A stretch of 64,000 nucleotides of DNA from Actinomycetes bacterium (GTDB lineage Bacteria > Actinomycetota > Actinomycetes > Actinomycetales > Cellulomonadaceae). The position numbers and the translations under genes were made by a program. The notes beneath the pieces are model-generated. The model did no database searches and had not been told where the DNA came from. It saw only the letters and a program-made list of their open reading frames with translations. Below are positions 36,769-47,183 of the stretch, in pieces. Each line of letters begins with the position of its first letter. Position 1 is the stretch's first letter. The stretch lies in the NCBI GenBank assembly GCA_021778635.1, contig JAJYCD010000002.1, forward strand, positions 13,970 through 77,969, given 5' to 3'.

Positions 36769-37713
36769 TCAGATGGCGGTGAGCGGGGCCCACTCGACGA
36801 TGGTGAACGCGTCGCCGTTCTTCTTCACGCGGAAGCCGCCGTGGCCACCGAAGTGCGCGGGGAAGATCAGCAGGCGCTTCTCGGCCGCCTCGGTGAACAG
36901 GCGTTCGCGGGTTGCGTGGGCCTGGGTCGGGTCCTCGTCGAAGCAGCTGCTGGTGTGCACGTCATGGACCTGGGCGGGGCTGTGCACAGTGTCTCCGACG
37001 ACGAGCACCTCGTCGTCGCCGGACACCAGCCGCAGGATCGAGGCGCCAGGTGTGTGCCCGGGTGCGGCCTCGAGGGTCAATGCGTCGTCGATGCGGTGGT
37101 GGCCGCTCCACGCGGTGACCTGACCGGCGGCGAGCACGGGAGCGATGCTGTCCGCCCAGACGCCGTGGGCGCCGGGTCCCATGATCGTCTGGTGGCCGTG
37201 AGCGGGGTCCCAGAACGCCAGGTCCTCTGCTGGCATCAGGTACTGCGCGTTCGGGAACGTCGGAACCCAGGTTCCCTCGACCAGGCGCGTGTTCCAGCCG
37301 ACGTGGTCGGCGTGCAGGTGCGTGTTGACCACGACGTCCACGCTCTCGGGAGTGACGCCGGCCGCGGCGAGGTGGTCGAGGTACGCGCTGTGCAGGTGCG
37401 ACCAGCTGGGCACGTCGGGGCGGTCCTTGTCGTTGCCGATGGCGGCGTCCACGAGGACGGTCGTGCCCCCGCTGCGGATGATCCAGGTCTGCATCGCCAC
37501 GCGGCAGGTGCTGTCCATCGTCGTCGCGCCGTCGTCCTCGAGGAAGAACGGGCGAAGCGCGCTCTCGTTGCCGACCCACGCCGCGGGGTCGGTGCCGGGG
37601 AAGAACTGCCCCGGCGTCATGCCGATGCTCCCGACGCTCTCCACTGCGCGGGTGAGGGTGACGGCTCCGAAGGTCAGCCGGTCGGTCGTCGTGGTGCTCG
37701 TCGTGCCTGTCAT
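36769..37713 (-). CDS. MBL-fold metallo-hydrolase (lactonase-like)
   Basis: 314 aa from ATG 37713. It has the HxHxDH motif THLHADHVGWN and later TPGH / GD..H metal ligands. It shares orientation with the downstream ABC genes. Confidence 0.8.
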   Translation of the reverse strand: MTGTTSTTTTDRLTFGAVTLTRAVESVGSIGMTPGQFFPGTDPAAWVGNESALRPFFLEDDGATTMDSTCRVAMQTWIIRSGGTTVLVDAAIGNDKDRPDVPSWSHLHSAYLDHLAAAGVTPESVDVVVNTHLHADHVGWNTRLVEGTWVPTFPNAQYLMPAEDLAFWDPAHGHQTIMGPGAHGVWADSIAPVLAAGQVTAWSGHHRIDDALTLEAAPGHTPGASILRLVSGDDEVLVVGDTVHSPAQVHDVHTSSCFDEDPTQAHATRERLFTEAAEKRLLIFPAHFGGHGGFRVKKNGDAFTIVEWAPLTAI

Positions 37714-37898
37714 TGTGTGGTCCGTCTCAGAGGTGCGGATGTTCAGGGGTGTGGATGGTCGCCGTCGGGCTCGCGCCGTTGTCCCGAAGTGGAAGCGCGC
37801 GTCGGATCGCGCCACGAACCACGTCCGTGCCGCCGGTCGCCCGGTCGCAACCGGAGATCAGCGTCGCTCGGGATGCGAGGCGGAGACAGACCGGCGTG

Positions 37899-37923
37899 TA
37901 CCTACCCCTGACAGGGACAGGTA
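37899..37923. promoter_or_regulatory. 25-nt imperfect palindrome (candidate operator) in the MBL / MmyB-like-regulator divergent region
   Basis: TACCTacCCCTGaCAGGGacAGGTA has a perfect 11-nt core, CCCTGaCAGGG, at 37906-37916. It ends 31 nt upstream of the regulator ATG (37954). Confidence 0.35.
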
Positions 37924-37953
37924 GCGAGGCGCTCCGGGGCGGAGACTGACGTC

Positions 37954-38880
37954 ATGACCGCGAACGACTCCATCGGATCCCTGGGCGCCTTCTTGCAGGC
38001 CAGCCGCGCCAGGATCACGCCCGACGAGGCGGGACTGACCCTGTACGGAGATCGCCGTCGTGTCCCGGGGCTGCGACGCGAGGAGCTCGCCATGCTTGCC
38101 GGTGTCAGCGTGTCCTACCTCACCCGTCTCGAGCAGGGCCAGTCCCGTGGCGCGTCGCTGCACGTCCTGGACGCGTTGGCGGACGCCCTGCATCTCGACG
38201 ACGCCGAGCGTCAGCACATGCGACGACTGGCCGAGCACCTGGGCCGACGCACGGCCCCGAAGCGACCGGCGGCGGAGGTTGCAGACCCGGCCCTCGCGGA
38301 GCTGCTGCGCTCCGTCGGCGACGTGCCTGCCCTCGTGCTCGGGCGCCGCACCGACGTCCTGGCGTGGAACCCCCTGGGACATGCCTTGCTCGGAGGGCAC
38401 CTGGACGCCGATGCCCCCGCGGCAGCGGCCACCCGCCCGAACATGGCCGCCCTGGTGTTCCTCGACGCCAACGTCCGCGAACTCTACGTGGACTGGCGGG
38501 CGAAGTGCCGTGCCGTCGTCGGCAACCTGCGCCTCGTCGCCGGCCAGCACCCCGACGACCCCGTTCTCACCTCGTTGATCGGGACCTTGTCGATCACCAG
38601 CCCGGAATTCGCCTCCCTGTGGGCCGACCACCGGGTTCGGGCATGCGCCACCGCGATCTACGCGTTGCACCACCCCCTCGTCGGCAACCTTGCCGTCACC
38701 CAGCAGACACTGCGATCGATCGACCACCCCGACCAGACCCTGGTCACGCACACCGCACCCCAGGGCTCCGCCTCTGCCGAGGCCCTCACACTCCTCGCGC
38801 AGATCGTCGGGGATCGCCCCGCGCCCCCGCAGGTCTCCCCCTCAGTGCGTGCGGTGTCCGCCGTCGGAGCGGAGGACTGA
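37954..38880 (+). CDS. XRE-family HTH transcriptional regulator with an MmyB-like C-terminal domain
   Basis: 308 aa. The N-terminus LGAFLQASRARITPDEAGL...RRVPGLRREELAMLAGVSVSYLTRLEQG is the characteristic MmyB-like HTH start. It is divergent from the MBL hydrolase. Confidence 0.8.
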   Translation: MTANDSIGSLGAFLQASRARITPDEAGLTLYGDRRRVPGLRREELAMLAGVSVSYLTRLEQGQSRGASLHVLDALADALHLDDAERQHMRRLAEHLGRRTAPKRPAAEVADPALAELLRSVGDVPALVLGRRTDVLAWNPLGHALLGGHLDADAPAAAATRPNMAALVFLDANVRELYVDWRAKCRAVVGNLRLVAGQHPDDPVLTSLIGTLSITSPEFASLWADHRVRACATAIYALHHPLVGNLAVTQQTLRSIDHPDQTLVTHTAPQGSASAEALTLLAQIVGDRPAPPQVSPSVRAVSAVGAED

Positions 38881-39517
38881 CGCTTCTCGACGACGCCAGG
38901 CCATCGCACCGAGGGCGGGGACAGGACGCTCGAGGCTGAGCCCACCACGAGGGCGAGCGATCGGCTGACGCCGGCGGTACCGGCCTCGCGGACGGGCTGG
39001 ACGTCGCACGGCGCCAGGCCGTGGGCGAGGCGGTAGCCGGTCGGCGTCTGTCGCTCGCGCGGTGTGCCGATGGTCCGCCGGATGGGTCATCCGCACGCTC
39101 CGCGACCTACATCGAATCTTCATCACGTCTGCAGCCTGGATTCGGGGTTCGCCACGACGATGGGACCCGGCCGCGCTCCCGCGTCGGCACGGGGATGGCG
39201 ACGTGCGAGGGGAGACATGGACGACGTACGAGCCGAGATCGTGACGACGGCGGTTGGCGTCACCCACGACCGTGCCCTGACGCCGCGATGGCGTCGATGC
39301 CGGCTCGGTGGGCAAGGATGGTCGGCGATGTCTCACATCCGGGTCGGAACCCCCTCGGCCATCATCGGCGCCGGCAAGGCAGCACCCGAGAAGGGCTGCC
39401 CGCCGGTCGACCTGCCGGACCACGTCCGCACCCGTGGTCTGAACCCTCTCCCGCCTCGGCTCATCCCGGTCGCGCACGTCCTCGCCCTCGCACCATCACC
39501 GAAAGGCATCTTCACCC

Positions 39518-40168
39518 GTGAACAACAAGCGCAGATCTGAGCTGACCGATCGTCAGGTTCGTCTCGAGGCGATCAAGAGTGCCCAGAAGAGGTCGGAGCG
39601 CAAACGCACCATCCTCATCGCCGCGATCGCGGGAATCCTGGTGGTCGGCCTGACCGGGGCCACGATCACCGTGATCGTGCGTCAGGGTCAGCACGACGCG
39701 AGCATCCAGGCCGCCGCGAAGTCCCCCATCGCCGGCGTCAAGACGTACACGGGCCTCTCACGGAACCACGTGACCGGCACCGTGACCTACGCCCAGAACC
39801 CACCGGTGGGCGGCGACCACGCCGCCGTACCCCAGAACTGCGGCTACTACTCCGCGCCGGTCGCCGACGAGAACGCCGTGCACTCGTTGGAGCACGGCGC
39901 GGTGTGGATCACCCACGACCCCCACCTGCCCGCCGCCCAGCTCGCCACCTTGCGCGCCTTCGCAGCCCACAATCCCTACGTGCTCGTCACCCCCCGCGCC
40001 GGGCTCCCGACGCCCGTCGTCGCCTCCGCCTGGGGCGTACAGCTGCAGCTCCCCTCGGCCGACGACCCACGCCTGCCCGTGTTCCTGACCGCCTACGTCA
40101 ACGGACCCCAGACCCCCGAACCCGGAGCCGCGTGCTCCGGAGGAGTCGGCACGCCGGACGCGCCGTGA
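39518..40168 (+). CDS. DUF3105-family membrane-anchored protein
   Basis: 216 aa from a GTG start. It has an N-terminal TM anchor and the motifs NPPVGGDH...CGYY...AVHSLEHGAVWITHDP. Confidence 0.75.
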   Translation: MNNKRRSELTDRQVRLEAIKSAQKRSERKRTILIAAIAGILVVGLTGATITVIVRQGQHDASIQAAAKSPIAGVKTYTGLSRNHVTGTVTYAQNPPVGGDHAAVPQNCGYYSAPVADENAVHSLEHGAVWITHDPHLPAAQLATLRAFAAHNPYVLVTPRAGLPTPVVASAWGVQLQLPSADDPRLPVFLTAYVNGPQTPEPGAACSGGVGTPDAP

Positions 40169-40592
40169 CCGACGCCGACATGCACGCGCCGGCCGTCGCG
40201 GAGGTGCGCCCGCATCGCGCGCACCGAACCGATCGCCGCCCTTCCGCGCGTCGCCATGCCTGAGGGACGGTCGTGCGCCCGACGCGGCGAGCCCCGGGCA
40301 GCCGGGTCGAGCCCGGGGGCCCGAGTCGACGCATGATCGGTCGTGCCTCCGGGAGCCGACGACACAGTCGCGTGGACGGTCCCGGCCGAGGTGGCGCGCG
40401 GGCGCGGCGCGGCTCAGGGCAGGCGCCGACGACCAGCTCGACGCGGAACGGCGCGCCGTCGGCGTCGACCGGCGCGCCGTCGCGCCACGGGCGAGCTCGG
40501 CGGCAGCAGCCGGGTTCAGCTGCCCCACGTCGACCGCGTCCGGCGCATGACACTGTGTCCAACCACGGGTTCACAAGCCGGCGGAAGACCAT

Positions 40593-40628
40593 CAGAGCCT
40601 CGCCGGATACTTCTCCGGCGAGGCTCTG
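40593..40628 (-). terminator. perfect 15-bp stem-loop just downstream of tRNA-Pro
   Basis: cagagcctcgccgga-tacttc-tccggcgaggctctg. It starts 16 nt 3' of the tRNA on the minus strand and has only a weak U-rich tail. Confidence 0.55.
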
Positions 40629-40644
40629 ACCTGCTGCTATACCG

Positions 40645-40718
<74 letters not shown>

Positions 40719-40742
40719 ATGCCCCGTGGGGCCGTGCAAACT

Positions 40743-42044
40743 CTACCGCACGCGGACGGCCGACTCCGTCACGGCTCCCGACGCGACCAGCCCGTCCTCG
40801 TCGTCCGATACCCGCACGTCAGGCGAGGGCACCGCAAGGGCGGGACCGACCGGCAGGTGCGCCCGCCACGCCGACGTCACCACCGCGAGGCAGCCGAGCG
40901 CGATCACGAACCCCGCGCCGAACATCTGCGGATAGCTCCACTCGGTCGCCAGCACCGCGAGGACCGCCGGGATGAAGAACCCGAGGTACGCCACCGAGTA
41001 GTACACCGCCGTCAGCCCCGCGAGATCGTCGGGACCGGCGATGCGCTGCACCTCGCTGAGCCCCGAGACGAGCGCCAGACCGTAGCCCATCCCGAGCACG
41101 GCAGCGGCCGCCAGTGCGAGCGGAAGAGTGAGCCGCGCCGACGCCAGCGCGCCGAGTCCCATCCCCGCCACGACGATCACCAGGGCGACGACGGACGCTC
41201 GCGCGCTACGCCTCGTGTCGATGGCGCGACCGAGTACCTGGATCCCGACACCGCACCCCAGGGTCAGCACCGTGAGCAGCGCGGACAACGCGATCGGCAT
41301 GCCACCTGAGCGGTCCCGCATGAGGGCGGGGAGCACGGCGTACGCACTCCCTGCGCACCCGAACACCCAAGGGGCGAGCGGCACGACCACGCGGAGGAAC
41401 CGGCGGTGCGCCGCGGAGGGGATCCTCAGGTCGTCCCGCAGTCGGGCCCGACGGCCTAGGCCGTCCGGCGTGCGCGTCTCGCGCACCACGAGCAGCCACA
41501 GTCCCGTGACGACGGTGAGGACCGCATGCACGGCGTACGCGGTACCGGTACGCCAGGGACCCCACTGCGCGAGCGCGCCCGCGGCCCCCGCACCTGTCAG
41601 GAATCCGAGCGTCAACGCCAGCGACGCGCGCCGGGCACCTGCCGCCTGGTCGTCCGCCCGTTCGGACAGCTCCTTGATCCACGTCGATCCGACGGCCATG
41701 ACGAGCCCCAGCGCCAGCCCGCAGAGGATCCGCCCGACCGCGAGCACCATCGGGGCTCCCGGCCCGAGAGCGAGGACCACCGAGCCCACGAGGCTCAACG
41801 GCGCCGCAGGCAGGAGCAGCGGGCGCCTCCCGAAGCGGTCGGACAGCGGCCCACCGACCAGCAGCGCCGGGATGATGCCGAGCACGTAGGCACCGAGAAG
41901 GACGTCGACGGTCACGGCCGAGAAGTGCTCGACCTGGCGATACATGACGAGCAACGGGGTGAACTCGTTCCCTCCCCAGGCGATCGCGAACATCGAGGCC
42001 GCGATCGGCAGCCACGGCTTCCGCTCCTGAGCCCGTACGCTCAC
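40743..42044 (-). CDS. MFS transporter
   Basis: 433 aa, polytopic, with the motif GGPLSDRFGRRPLL. It has an ATGA overlap with the upstream gntR-family gene. Confidence 0.85.
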   Translation of the reverse strand: MSVRAQERKPWLPIAASMFAIAWGGNEFTPLLVMYRQVEHFSAVTVDVLLGAYVLGIIPALLVGGPLSDRFGRRPLLLPAAPLSLVGSVVLALGPGAPMVLAVGRILCGLALGLVMAVGSTWIKELSERADDQAAGARRASLALTLGFLTGAGAAGALAQWGPWRTGTAYAVHAVLTVVTGLWLLVVRETRTPDGLGRRARLRDDLRIPSAAHRRFLRVVVPLAPWVFGCAGSAYAVLPALMRDRSGGMPIALSALLTVLTLGCGVGIQVLGRAIDTRRSARASVVALVIVVAGMGLGALASARLTLPLALAAAAVLGMGYGLALVSGLSEVQRIAGPDDLAGLTAVYYSVAYLGFFIPAVLAVLATEWSYPQMFGAGFVIALGCLAVVTSAWRAHLPVGPALAVPSPDVRVSDDEDGLVASGAVTESAVRVR

Positions 42045-42739
42045 CGCAGTCCCCCGACCGATGCGGCGCGTTCCGGCAGGTGCGCAGCGTGCAGGTGGCG
42101 GCGCAACGCCTCCCCGAACTCCTCCGTGGAACCGTCCGCGACGAGGTCCGCGAGGTGCTGATGGTCGTCGATGAACGCCAGCGCGTGCTGCTCGTCGCGC
42201 CAGAGCGAACGCGCGACCATCCGACGCTGTCGTTCTCGCAGCGTGATGTAGAAGTCGGTGAGCAGCGGGTTCTCCCCCGCCGCCACGATCGTCAGGTGGA
42301 ACTCGAGGTCGCTCTCCGAGTAGGCATCGAGATCACCCGTGCCCAGCGCCTCCCGCTGGTGCTGCACCGAGGTGCTGAGACGTTCGGCCAGTCGCTCACG
42401 GCTCCTGAGGTCAACGATCGACCGGACGGCGTGGGTCTCCAGGAGCAGCCGGGCGTCGACGACGGACTGGGCTTCTCCCGGACCCACCGGAACGACGAGC
42501 GCCCCACGCTTCGGGTAGAGGCGCAACCAGCCCTGTGCCTCGAGACGGAGGAACGCCTCGCGCACGGGGGTTCGGCTCAGCGAGAGCTGACCGGCGACCT
42601 CACCTTCGCTGATCATGGTGCCGCCGGGGAGGCGGTCGTCCAGGATCAGACCCTTGGTGTACTGGTAGGCCACCTCCGCCGCGGCAGGGGTCTCCGTGGG
42701 GCGGACGGGTCTCGCTGCAGATGCTGACGACATAGACAC
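42041..42739 (-). CDS. GntR-family (FadR/FCD subfamily) transcriptional regulator
   Basis: 232 aa. The winged HTH reads ISEGEVAGQLSLSRTPVREAFLRLEAQGWLRLYPKRGALV, followed by an all-helical FCD-like C-domain. Confidence 0.85.
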   Translation of the reverse strand: MSMSSASAARPVRPTETPAAAEVAYQYTKGLILDDRLPGGTMISEGEVAGQLSLSRTPVREAFLRLEAQGWLRLYPKRGALVVPVGPGEAQSVVDARLLLETHAVRSIVDLRSRERLAERLSTSVQHQREALGTGDLDAYSESDLEFHLTIVAAGENPLLTDFYITLRERQRRMVARSLWRDEQHALAFIDDHQHLADLVADGSTEEFGEALRRHLHAAHLPERAASVGGLR

Positions 42740-42821
42740 AAGATGAGTCTAAGCCTGGTGGCGTCGCCGCTGCTCCCAGCACCGCCCGGACGACGTCACC
42801 CCACGACCGGTTCGGGCGCCG

Positions 42822-44435
42822 TCAGCGACGGCGTTTCTCCCGCACCCGGACCGAGATCGAGATCGGCGTGCCCTCGAACCCGAAGGTCTCACGCAGTCGC
42901 CTCTCGATGTACCGGCGGTAGCCGGCCTCGATGAAGCCGGTGGCGAAGATCACGAAGCGCGGCGGCCGCGTCGACGCCTGGGTCGCGAACAGGATGCGCG
43001 GCTGCTTGCCGCCGCGCAACGGGTGCGGGTGCGCCGAGACGAGCTCGCCGAGGAAGGCGTTCAGTCGCCCCGTCGGGATGCGGGTCCCCCAGGACTCGAG
43101 GGACCGGTCCAGCGCCGGGACGAGCTTGTCGGTGTGCCACCCCGTCCTCGCCGAGAGGTTCACGCGCGGCGCCCACTGCACCTGCACGAGGTCCTGCTCG
43201 ATCTCGCGCTCGAGGAAGGGCCGGCGGTCCTCGTCCATGAGGTCCCACTTGTTGTAGGCGATCACCAGCGCGCGCCCGGCGTCGACCACCTGGCTGATCA
43301 CGCGGGTGTCCTGCTCGGTCATCTTGGTGCTCGCGTCCACGAGCACCACCGCGACCTCGGCCTTCTCGATCGCGGCCTGGGTGCGCAGCGACGCGTAGAA
43401 GTCGGCTCCCGAGCTCTGGTGCACCCTGCGGCGGATCCCGGCGGTGTCGACGAACACCCATGGACGCCCACGCAGCATCACGAGCTCGTCCACCGGGTCG
43501 CGCGTGGTTCCGGCGACGTCATCGACGACGACTCGCTCGGCACCGAGCACCTTGTTGAGCAGCGAGGACTTGCCGACGTTCGGTCGCCCGACGAGCGCGA
43601 CCCGACGCGGACCGCCCTCGGGTATCGGCAGACCATGCGCCGACTCCGTCGGAAGGGCATCCATCGCGGCGTCGAGGAGATCGCCGGTGCCGCGTCCGTG
43701 CAACGCGGACACCGGGTACGGCTCGCCCAGCCCAAGGCTCCAGAGTGCAGTCGCGTCGGCCTCCACGCGCGGGCCGTCCACCTTGTTGGCGCACAGCACC
43801 ACGGGCTTCCCGGACTTCCGCAGGAGCTTGACGACGCGCTCGTCCGTCGCGGTGGCTCCGACCGTCGCATCGACCACGAACAGCACCGCATCGGCGAGAC
43901 TGATCGCGACCTCGGCCTGCTCGGCGACCCGGGCGTCGATCCCGGCGACGTCCACCTCCCAGCCCCCGGTGTCGACCAGGGTGAAGTCGCGGCCGTTCCA
44001 GCTGGCCGGATAGCTCACGCGGTCGCGGGTGACTCCCGGCTTGTCCTCGACGACCGCCTCACGGCGTCCGAGGATCCGGTTGACGAGCGTCGACTTGCCG
44101 ACGTTGGGTCGACCGACCACGGCCAGCACCGGGAGCGGCTTCGAGGCGCCCTCTCCCCCATCACCGTCGTCGCCCTCGCCCAGAAGGACGAGGTCCTCGT
44201 CGTCGAGCTCGTAGTCGGAGAGACCCGCGCGCAGCGCGTGCTCGCGCTCCTCGTCGGTGACGCCGTCCTGCGGCTCCCAGCCGGGGCCGAGCCCGTCGTC
44301 CGCCGCGTCGACCCGGTCGAGCTCGGGCAGGTCTCGGTCCGCAGAGGTGTCGGTGTACGGGTCGATCTCCATCCGGGTCGAGGAGAGAGAGTCGTGCGGG
44401 GCGTCGTCGTTCGACGTCCGGTCAGTGGGGCTCAT
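42822..44435 (-). CDS. der: ribosome biogenesis GTPase Der (EngA), with an acidic N-terminal extension
   Basis: 537 aa with two GTPase domains ([12 protein letters not shown] and [16 protein letters not shown] / DTAG, NKVD / NKWD) and a KH-like C-terminus. The first about 100 aa are Asp/Glu-rich. Confidence 0.92.
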   Translation of the reverse strand: MSPTDRTSNDDAPHDSLSSTRMEIDPYTDTSADRDLPELDRVDAADDGLGPGWEPQDGVTDEEREHALRAGLSDYELDDEDLVLLGEGDDGDGGEGASKPLPVLAVVGRPNVGKSTLVNRILGRREAVVEDKPGVTRDRVSYPASWNGRDFTLVDTGGWEVDVAGIDARVAEQAEVAISLADAVLFVVDATVGATATDERVVKLLRKSGKPVVLCANKVDGPRVEADATALWSLGLGEPYPVSALHGRGTGDLLDAAMDALPTESAHGLPIPEGGPRRVALVGRPNVGKSSLLNKVLGAERVVVDDVAGTTRDPVDELVMLRGRPWVFVDTAGIRRRVHQSSGADFYASLRTQAAIEKAEVAVVLVDASTKMTEQDTRVISQVVDAGRALVIAYNKWDLMDEDRRPFLEREIEQDLVQVQWAPRVNLSARTGWHTDKLVPALDRSLESWGTRIPTGRLNAFLGELVSAHPHPLRGGKQPRILFATQASTRPPRFVIFATGFIEAGYRRYIERRLRETFGFEGTPISISVRVREKRRR

Positions 44436-44493
44436 GCCCCCATCCTCCCAGCCCGACGGCTCGGTCGACGAACCGGGGTTCCCCGGGGACAGG

Positions 44494-45210
44494 TCAGGCG
44501 GTCACCGTCGCGTCGCCGGCATCAGGTCCGTCCGTCGGGAGCGCGAGCCCGGCACGAACCGACGCGGCCGCCACCAGCTCGGCAAGTGCCACCCGGATCG
44601 CGTCGTTCGCCCACTCCGTCGCGGCCTTGCCGGTCGTCCCGGCGGCAGGCTCGACGACGATCGGCCGCCCGAACTCGACCACGCACCGTCGACGGAGCCG
44701 CGGGACGTGCCCGACGCCCTCGCCCGTCCGCCGGGTGCCCAGGATCGCCACAGGTACCACCGGAGCGTGCGCGCGCAGGGCGAGCCACGCGACGCCGGCG
44801 CGGGCAGCGGCGGCGTCACCTCGTCCGCGATTGCCCTCCGGGAACACGCCGACGACGCCGTCTCGACGGAGCACGCCCAGCGCCGCCTGCAGCGCGCCGC
44901 GGCCCGAGTCTCGGTCGACCGGGATCTGGCCCGCTCCTCGGAGCACCGCCCCGACCGGTCCGTGGAAGGCCTCCGCCTTGACCAGCACGTGGGACGGTCG
45001 CGGTGCCGCGGCCATCAGCAGCGGGCCGTCGATCACCCCGGTGTGGTTGGCCGCCAGCAGCACCGGCCCGTCGACCGGGACGTGGTCGGCGCCCACGACC
45101 TCCGTGCGCCACAGGACGTGGGCCATGAACCAGGCGAGTCTCCTGCCCCACCGTGGCCCTCGCTCACCCGGTACGGCCGACCCGTCTCCGGTCCGGTGCG
45201 CGGTGCTCAC
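44494..45210 (-). CDS. plsC: 1-acyl-sn-glycerol-3-phosphate acyltransferase family protein
   Basis: 238 aa with the motifs NHTGVIDGP (HxxxxD) and FPEGNRG. It has a GTGA overlap with cmk. Confidence 0.8.
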   Translation of the reverse strand: MSTAHRTGDGSAVPGERGPRWGRRLAWFMAHVLWRTEVVGADHVPVDGPVLLAANHTGVIDGPLLMAAAPRPSHVLVKAEAFHGPVGAVLRGAGQIPVDRDSGRGALQAALGVLRRDGVVGVFPEGNRGRGDAAAARAGVAWLALRAHAPVVPVAILGTRRTGEGVGHVPRLRRRCVVEFGRPIVVEPAAGTTGKAATEWANDAIRVALAELVAAASVRAGLALPTDGPDAGDATVTA

Positions 45211-46028
45211 GGCGCGCTCGCGTCGGCGCGTCCACCGTGCGCGTGATCGCCGACCGGACGACCGGTCTCCGCGGAGATGATGTCGATCACCGCCGCGATC
45301 GTGCCGTCCAGGTCCAGAGCCGAGGAGTCCAGCGTCACCACGCCGTCGGCCGCCCGGTGGAACTCGGCGACCGTCGAGTCGTCCGCATCGCGACGCAGGA
45401 CCTGGTCCCGTGTCGAGACGAGAGCGTCCGCGTCGGCAGTGCCGTGGATCTCCCTGGCACGCCGGGCGAGTCGCGCCTCCTCGCTCGCGGTCAGCAGAAC
45501 CCGCACGTCCGCGTCCGGCGCGACCACCGTCGTGATGTCGCGCCCCTCCGCCACGACACCCCGTCCACCGGAGACCGAGCCGGCGTGGCGCTCAGCCTCG
45601 ATGAGGTCACGTTGGCGTCGTCGGAGCTCGGCGCGGACGTCGAGGTTGGTCGCGACCGCGCTCACTGCCGCCGAGATCTCCGTCGTCCTGATCGCCTCGG
45701 CCACATCGGTACCTGCGACACGGACGGTCGGCGCCGAGGGCTCGAGCCCCTGCACGAGCGGAAGGTCCTTGACGGCGTCCGCCACCGCGTCGCGGTCGGC
45801 GAGGTCGAGCCCGAGGTGCAGGCACCACCACGTCGCCGCGCGGTACATCGCGCCGGTATCGAGGTAGGCGAGCCCGAGCCGCTCGGCGACCCCGCGCGAG
45901 ACGCTCGACTTCCCCGAGCCGGAGGGTCCATCGATCGCGACCACGAGCGGGGGTCGGTGCTCCGCGGGCCGCACCTCCATCGTCACGTCGGTCGGTCGGT
46001 CCTGGCCTTGCTCGTCCAGCATCGTCAT
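45207..46028 (-). CDS. cmk: (d)CMP kinase
   Basis: 273 aa from ATG 46028 (ATGA overlap with the tyrA stop; the track ORF starts at 46049). Motifs: AIDGPSGSGKSSVSR and LDTGAMYRA. Confidence 0.9.
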   Translation of the reverse strand: MTMLDEQGQDRPTDVTMEVRPAEHRPPLVVAIDGPSGSGKSSVSRGVAERLGLAYLDTGAMYRAATWWCLHLGLDLADRDAVADAVKDLPLVQGLEPSAPTVRVAGTDVAEAIRTTEISAAVSAVATNLDVRAELRRRQRDLIEAERHAGSVSGGRGVVAEGRDITTVVAPDADVRVLLTASEEARLARRAREIHGTADADALVSTRDQVLRRDADDSTVAEFHRAADGVVTLDSSALDLDGTIAAVIDIISAETGRPVGDHAHGGRADASAP

Positions 46029-47152
46029 CCTCTGTTCGCCACCCGCCACCCGCGTGCGGCGAGCTCCCTCTCCAACGGTTCCGATCGGCCGGTGAGCACC
46101 GAGATCATCGCAAGCCCGACCGGTTGTTGCGGCGAGTGCTCGAGCTGGAGGTCCTCGATGTTCACCTTGGCGTCACCGACGTCCGAGAACAGCCGTGCCA
46201 GCTCCCCGGGTGCGTCCGGCACCAGGACCGTCACGACCTCGTAGTGCCGCGGCGCTCCTCCGTGCTTGCCAGGGATGCGGGCGACGCCCAGGTTCCCCGC
46301 GGTGACCGTGCGCGCGAGGGCGCCCAGCGCGCCGATCGTGGCCGTCCCGTGCGGGCCGTCGGCCTCACCGAGTGCATCGATCACGACGTCGAGGTCGGCC
46401 CGCAGGTCGACCAGCACCGATCGCACCGCCGTCGCGTTGGCCGCCAGGATCGACGTCCACAGCGGTGCGTCGCTCGAGGCGATCCGGGTGACGTCACGGA
46501 GACCCTGGCCGGACAGATCCAGTGCCGCAGCCGGAGCATCGGCCAGTCGTGCGCCGACGAGGCTCGCGACCACCTGCGGCACGTGCGACACGACGGCGAC
46601 GGCGGCGTCGTGCTCACGCGCCTCCATCGCTATCGGCGTGGCGCCCAGGTCCGCCGCGAGCTGACGTACCGCCAGCACCGCCGCCGCGGACGAGTGCCCC
46701 GACGCGGCGATGACCCACGGCCGCCCGGCGAACAGGTCCGCGCGCGCCGCCGTCGGACCCGAACGCTCACGCCCCGCCATCGGGTGCGAACCGACGTAGC
46801 GTGACAGGTCGGCGCGCGCGGCGACGAGCTCGTCGAGCACCGCACCCTTGACGCTCGCGACGTCGGTCACGACGGCGTGCGGGTGCGCCGAGAGCTCGGC
46901 GATGACGACCTCCGCCGTGACGTCGGGAGGAGCCGCGACCACGACCAACCGGACCGGCGCGTCGCCGTCCGCCGGCAGGCGGCCGGCGCCGACGTCACGA
47001 GCGAGCGCGAGAGCCGTCCGCGACGAGTCGTGCAGGACCACGTCGACGCCCCGGGTCGCGAGCGAGAGGCCGATGCTCGCGCCGAGCAACCCGGTGCCGA
47101 CGATCCGCACCGGTCCGGTCGTCGCCACCGGGGGCAGCGCGCCGAGGCTCAT
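46025..47152 (-). CDS. tyrA: prephenate dehydrogenase
   Basis: 375 aa. It has a Rossmann motif (IVGTGLLGASIGL), GSHPMAG, and a C-terminal ACT-like regulatory domain. Confidence 0.85.
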   Translation of the reverse strand: MSLGALPPVATTGPVRIVGTGLLGASIGLSLATRGVDVVLHDSSRTALALARDVGAGRLPADGDAPVRLVVVAAPPDVTAEVVIAELSAHPHAVVTDVASVKGAVLDELVAARADLSRYVGSHPMAGRERSGPTAARADLFAGRPWVIAASGHSSAAAVLAVRQLAADLGATPIAMEAREHDAAVAVVSHVPQVVASLVGARLADAPAAALDLSGQGLRDVTRIASSDAPLWTSILAANATAVRSVLVDLRADLDVVIDALGEADGPHGTATIGALGALARTVTAGNLGVARIPGKHGGAPRHYEVVTVLVPDAPGELARLFSDVGDAKVNIEDLQLEHSPQQPVGLAMISVLTGRSEPLERELAARGWRVANRG

Positions 47153-47183
47153 GGGGCGGTCTCCGCGATGGTGGTCCGGCTGC

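Noticed and set aside
39064-39540. 158-aa plus-strand ORF and 38842..39477 minus-strand ORF in the 38.9-39.5 kb gap.
   Set aside because: Both translate to Arg/Pro/Gly-rich low-complexity sequence without an RBS or motifs. The interval is better explained as non-coding or relic DNA (see the GlxA-relic finding).
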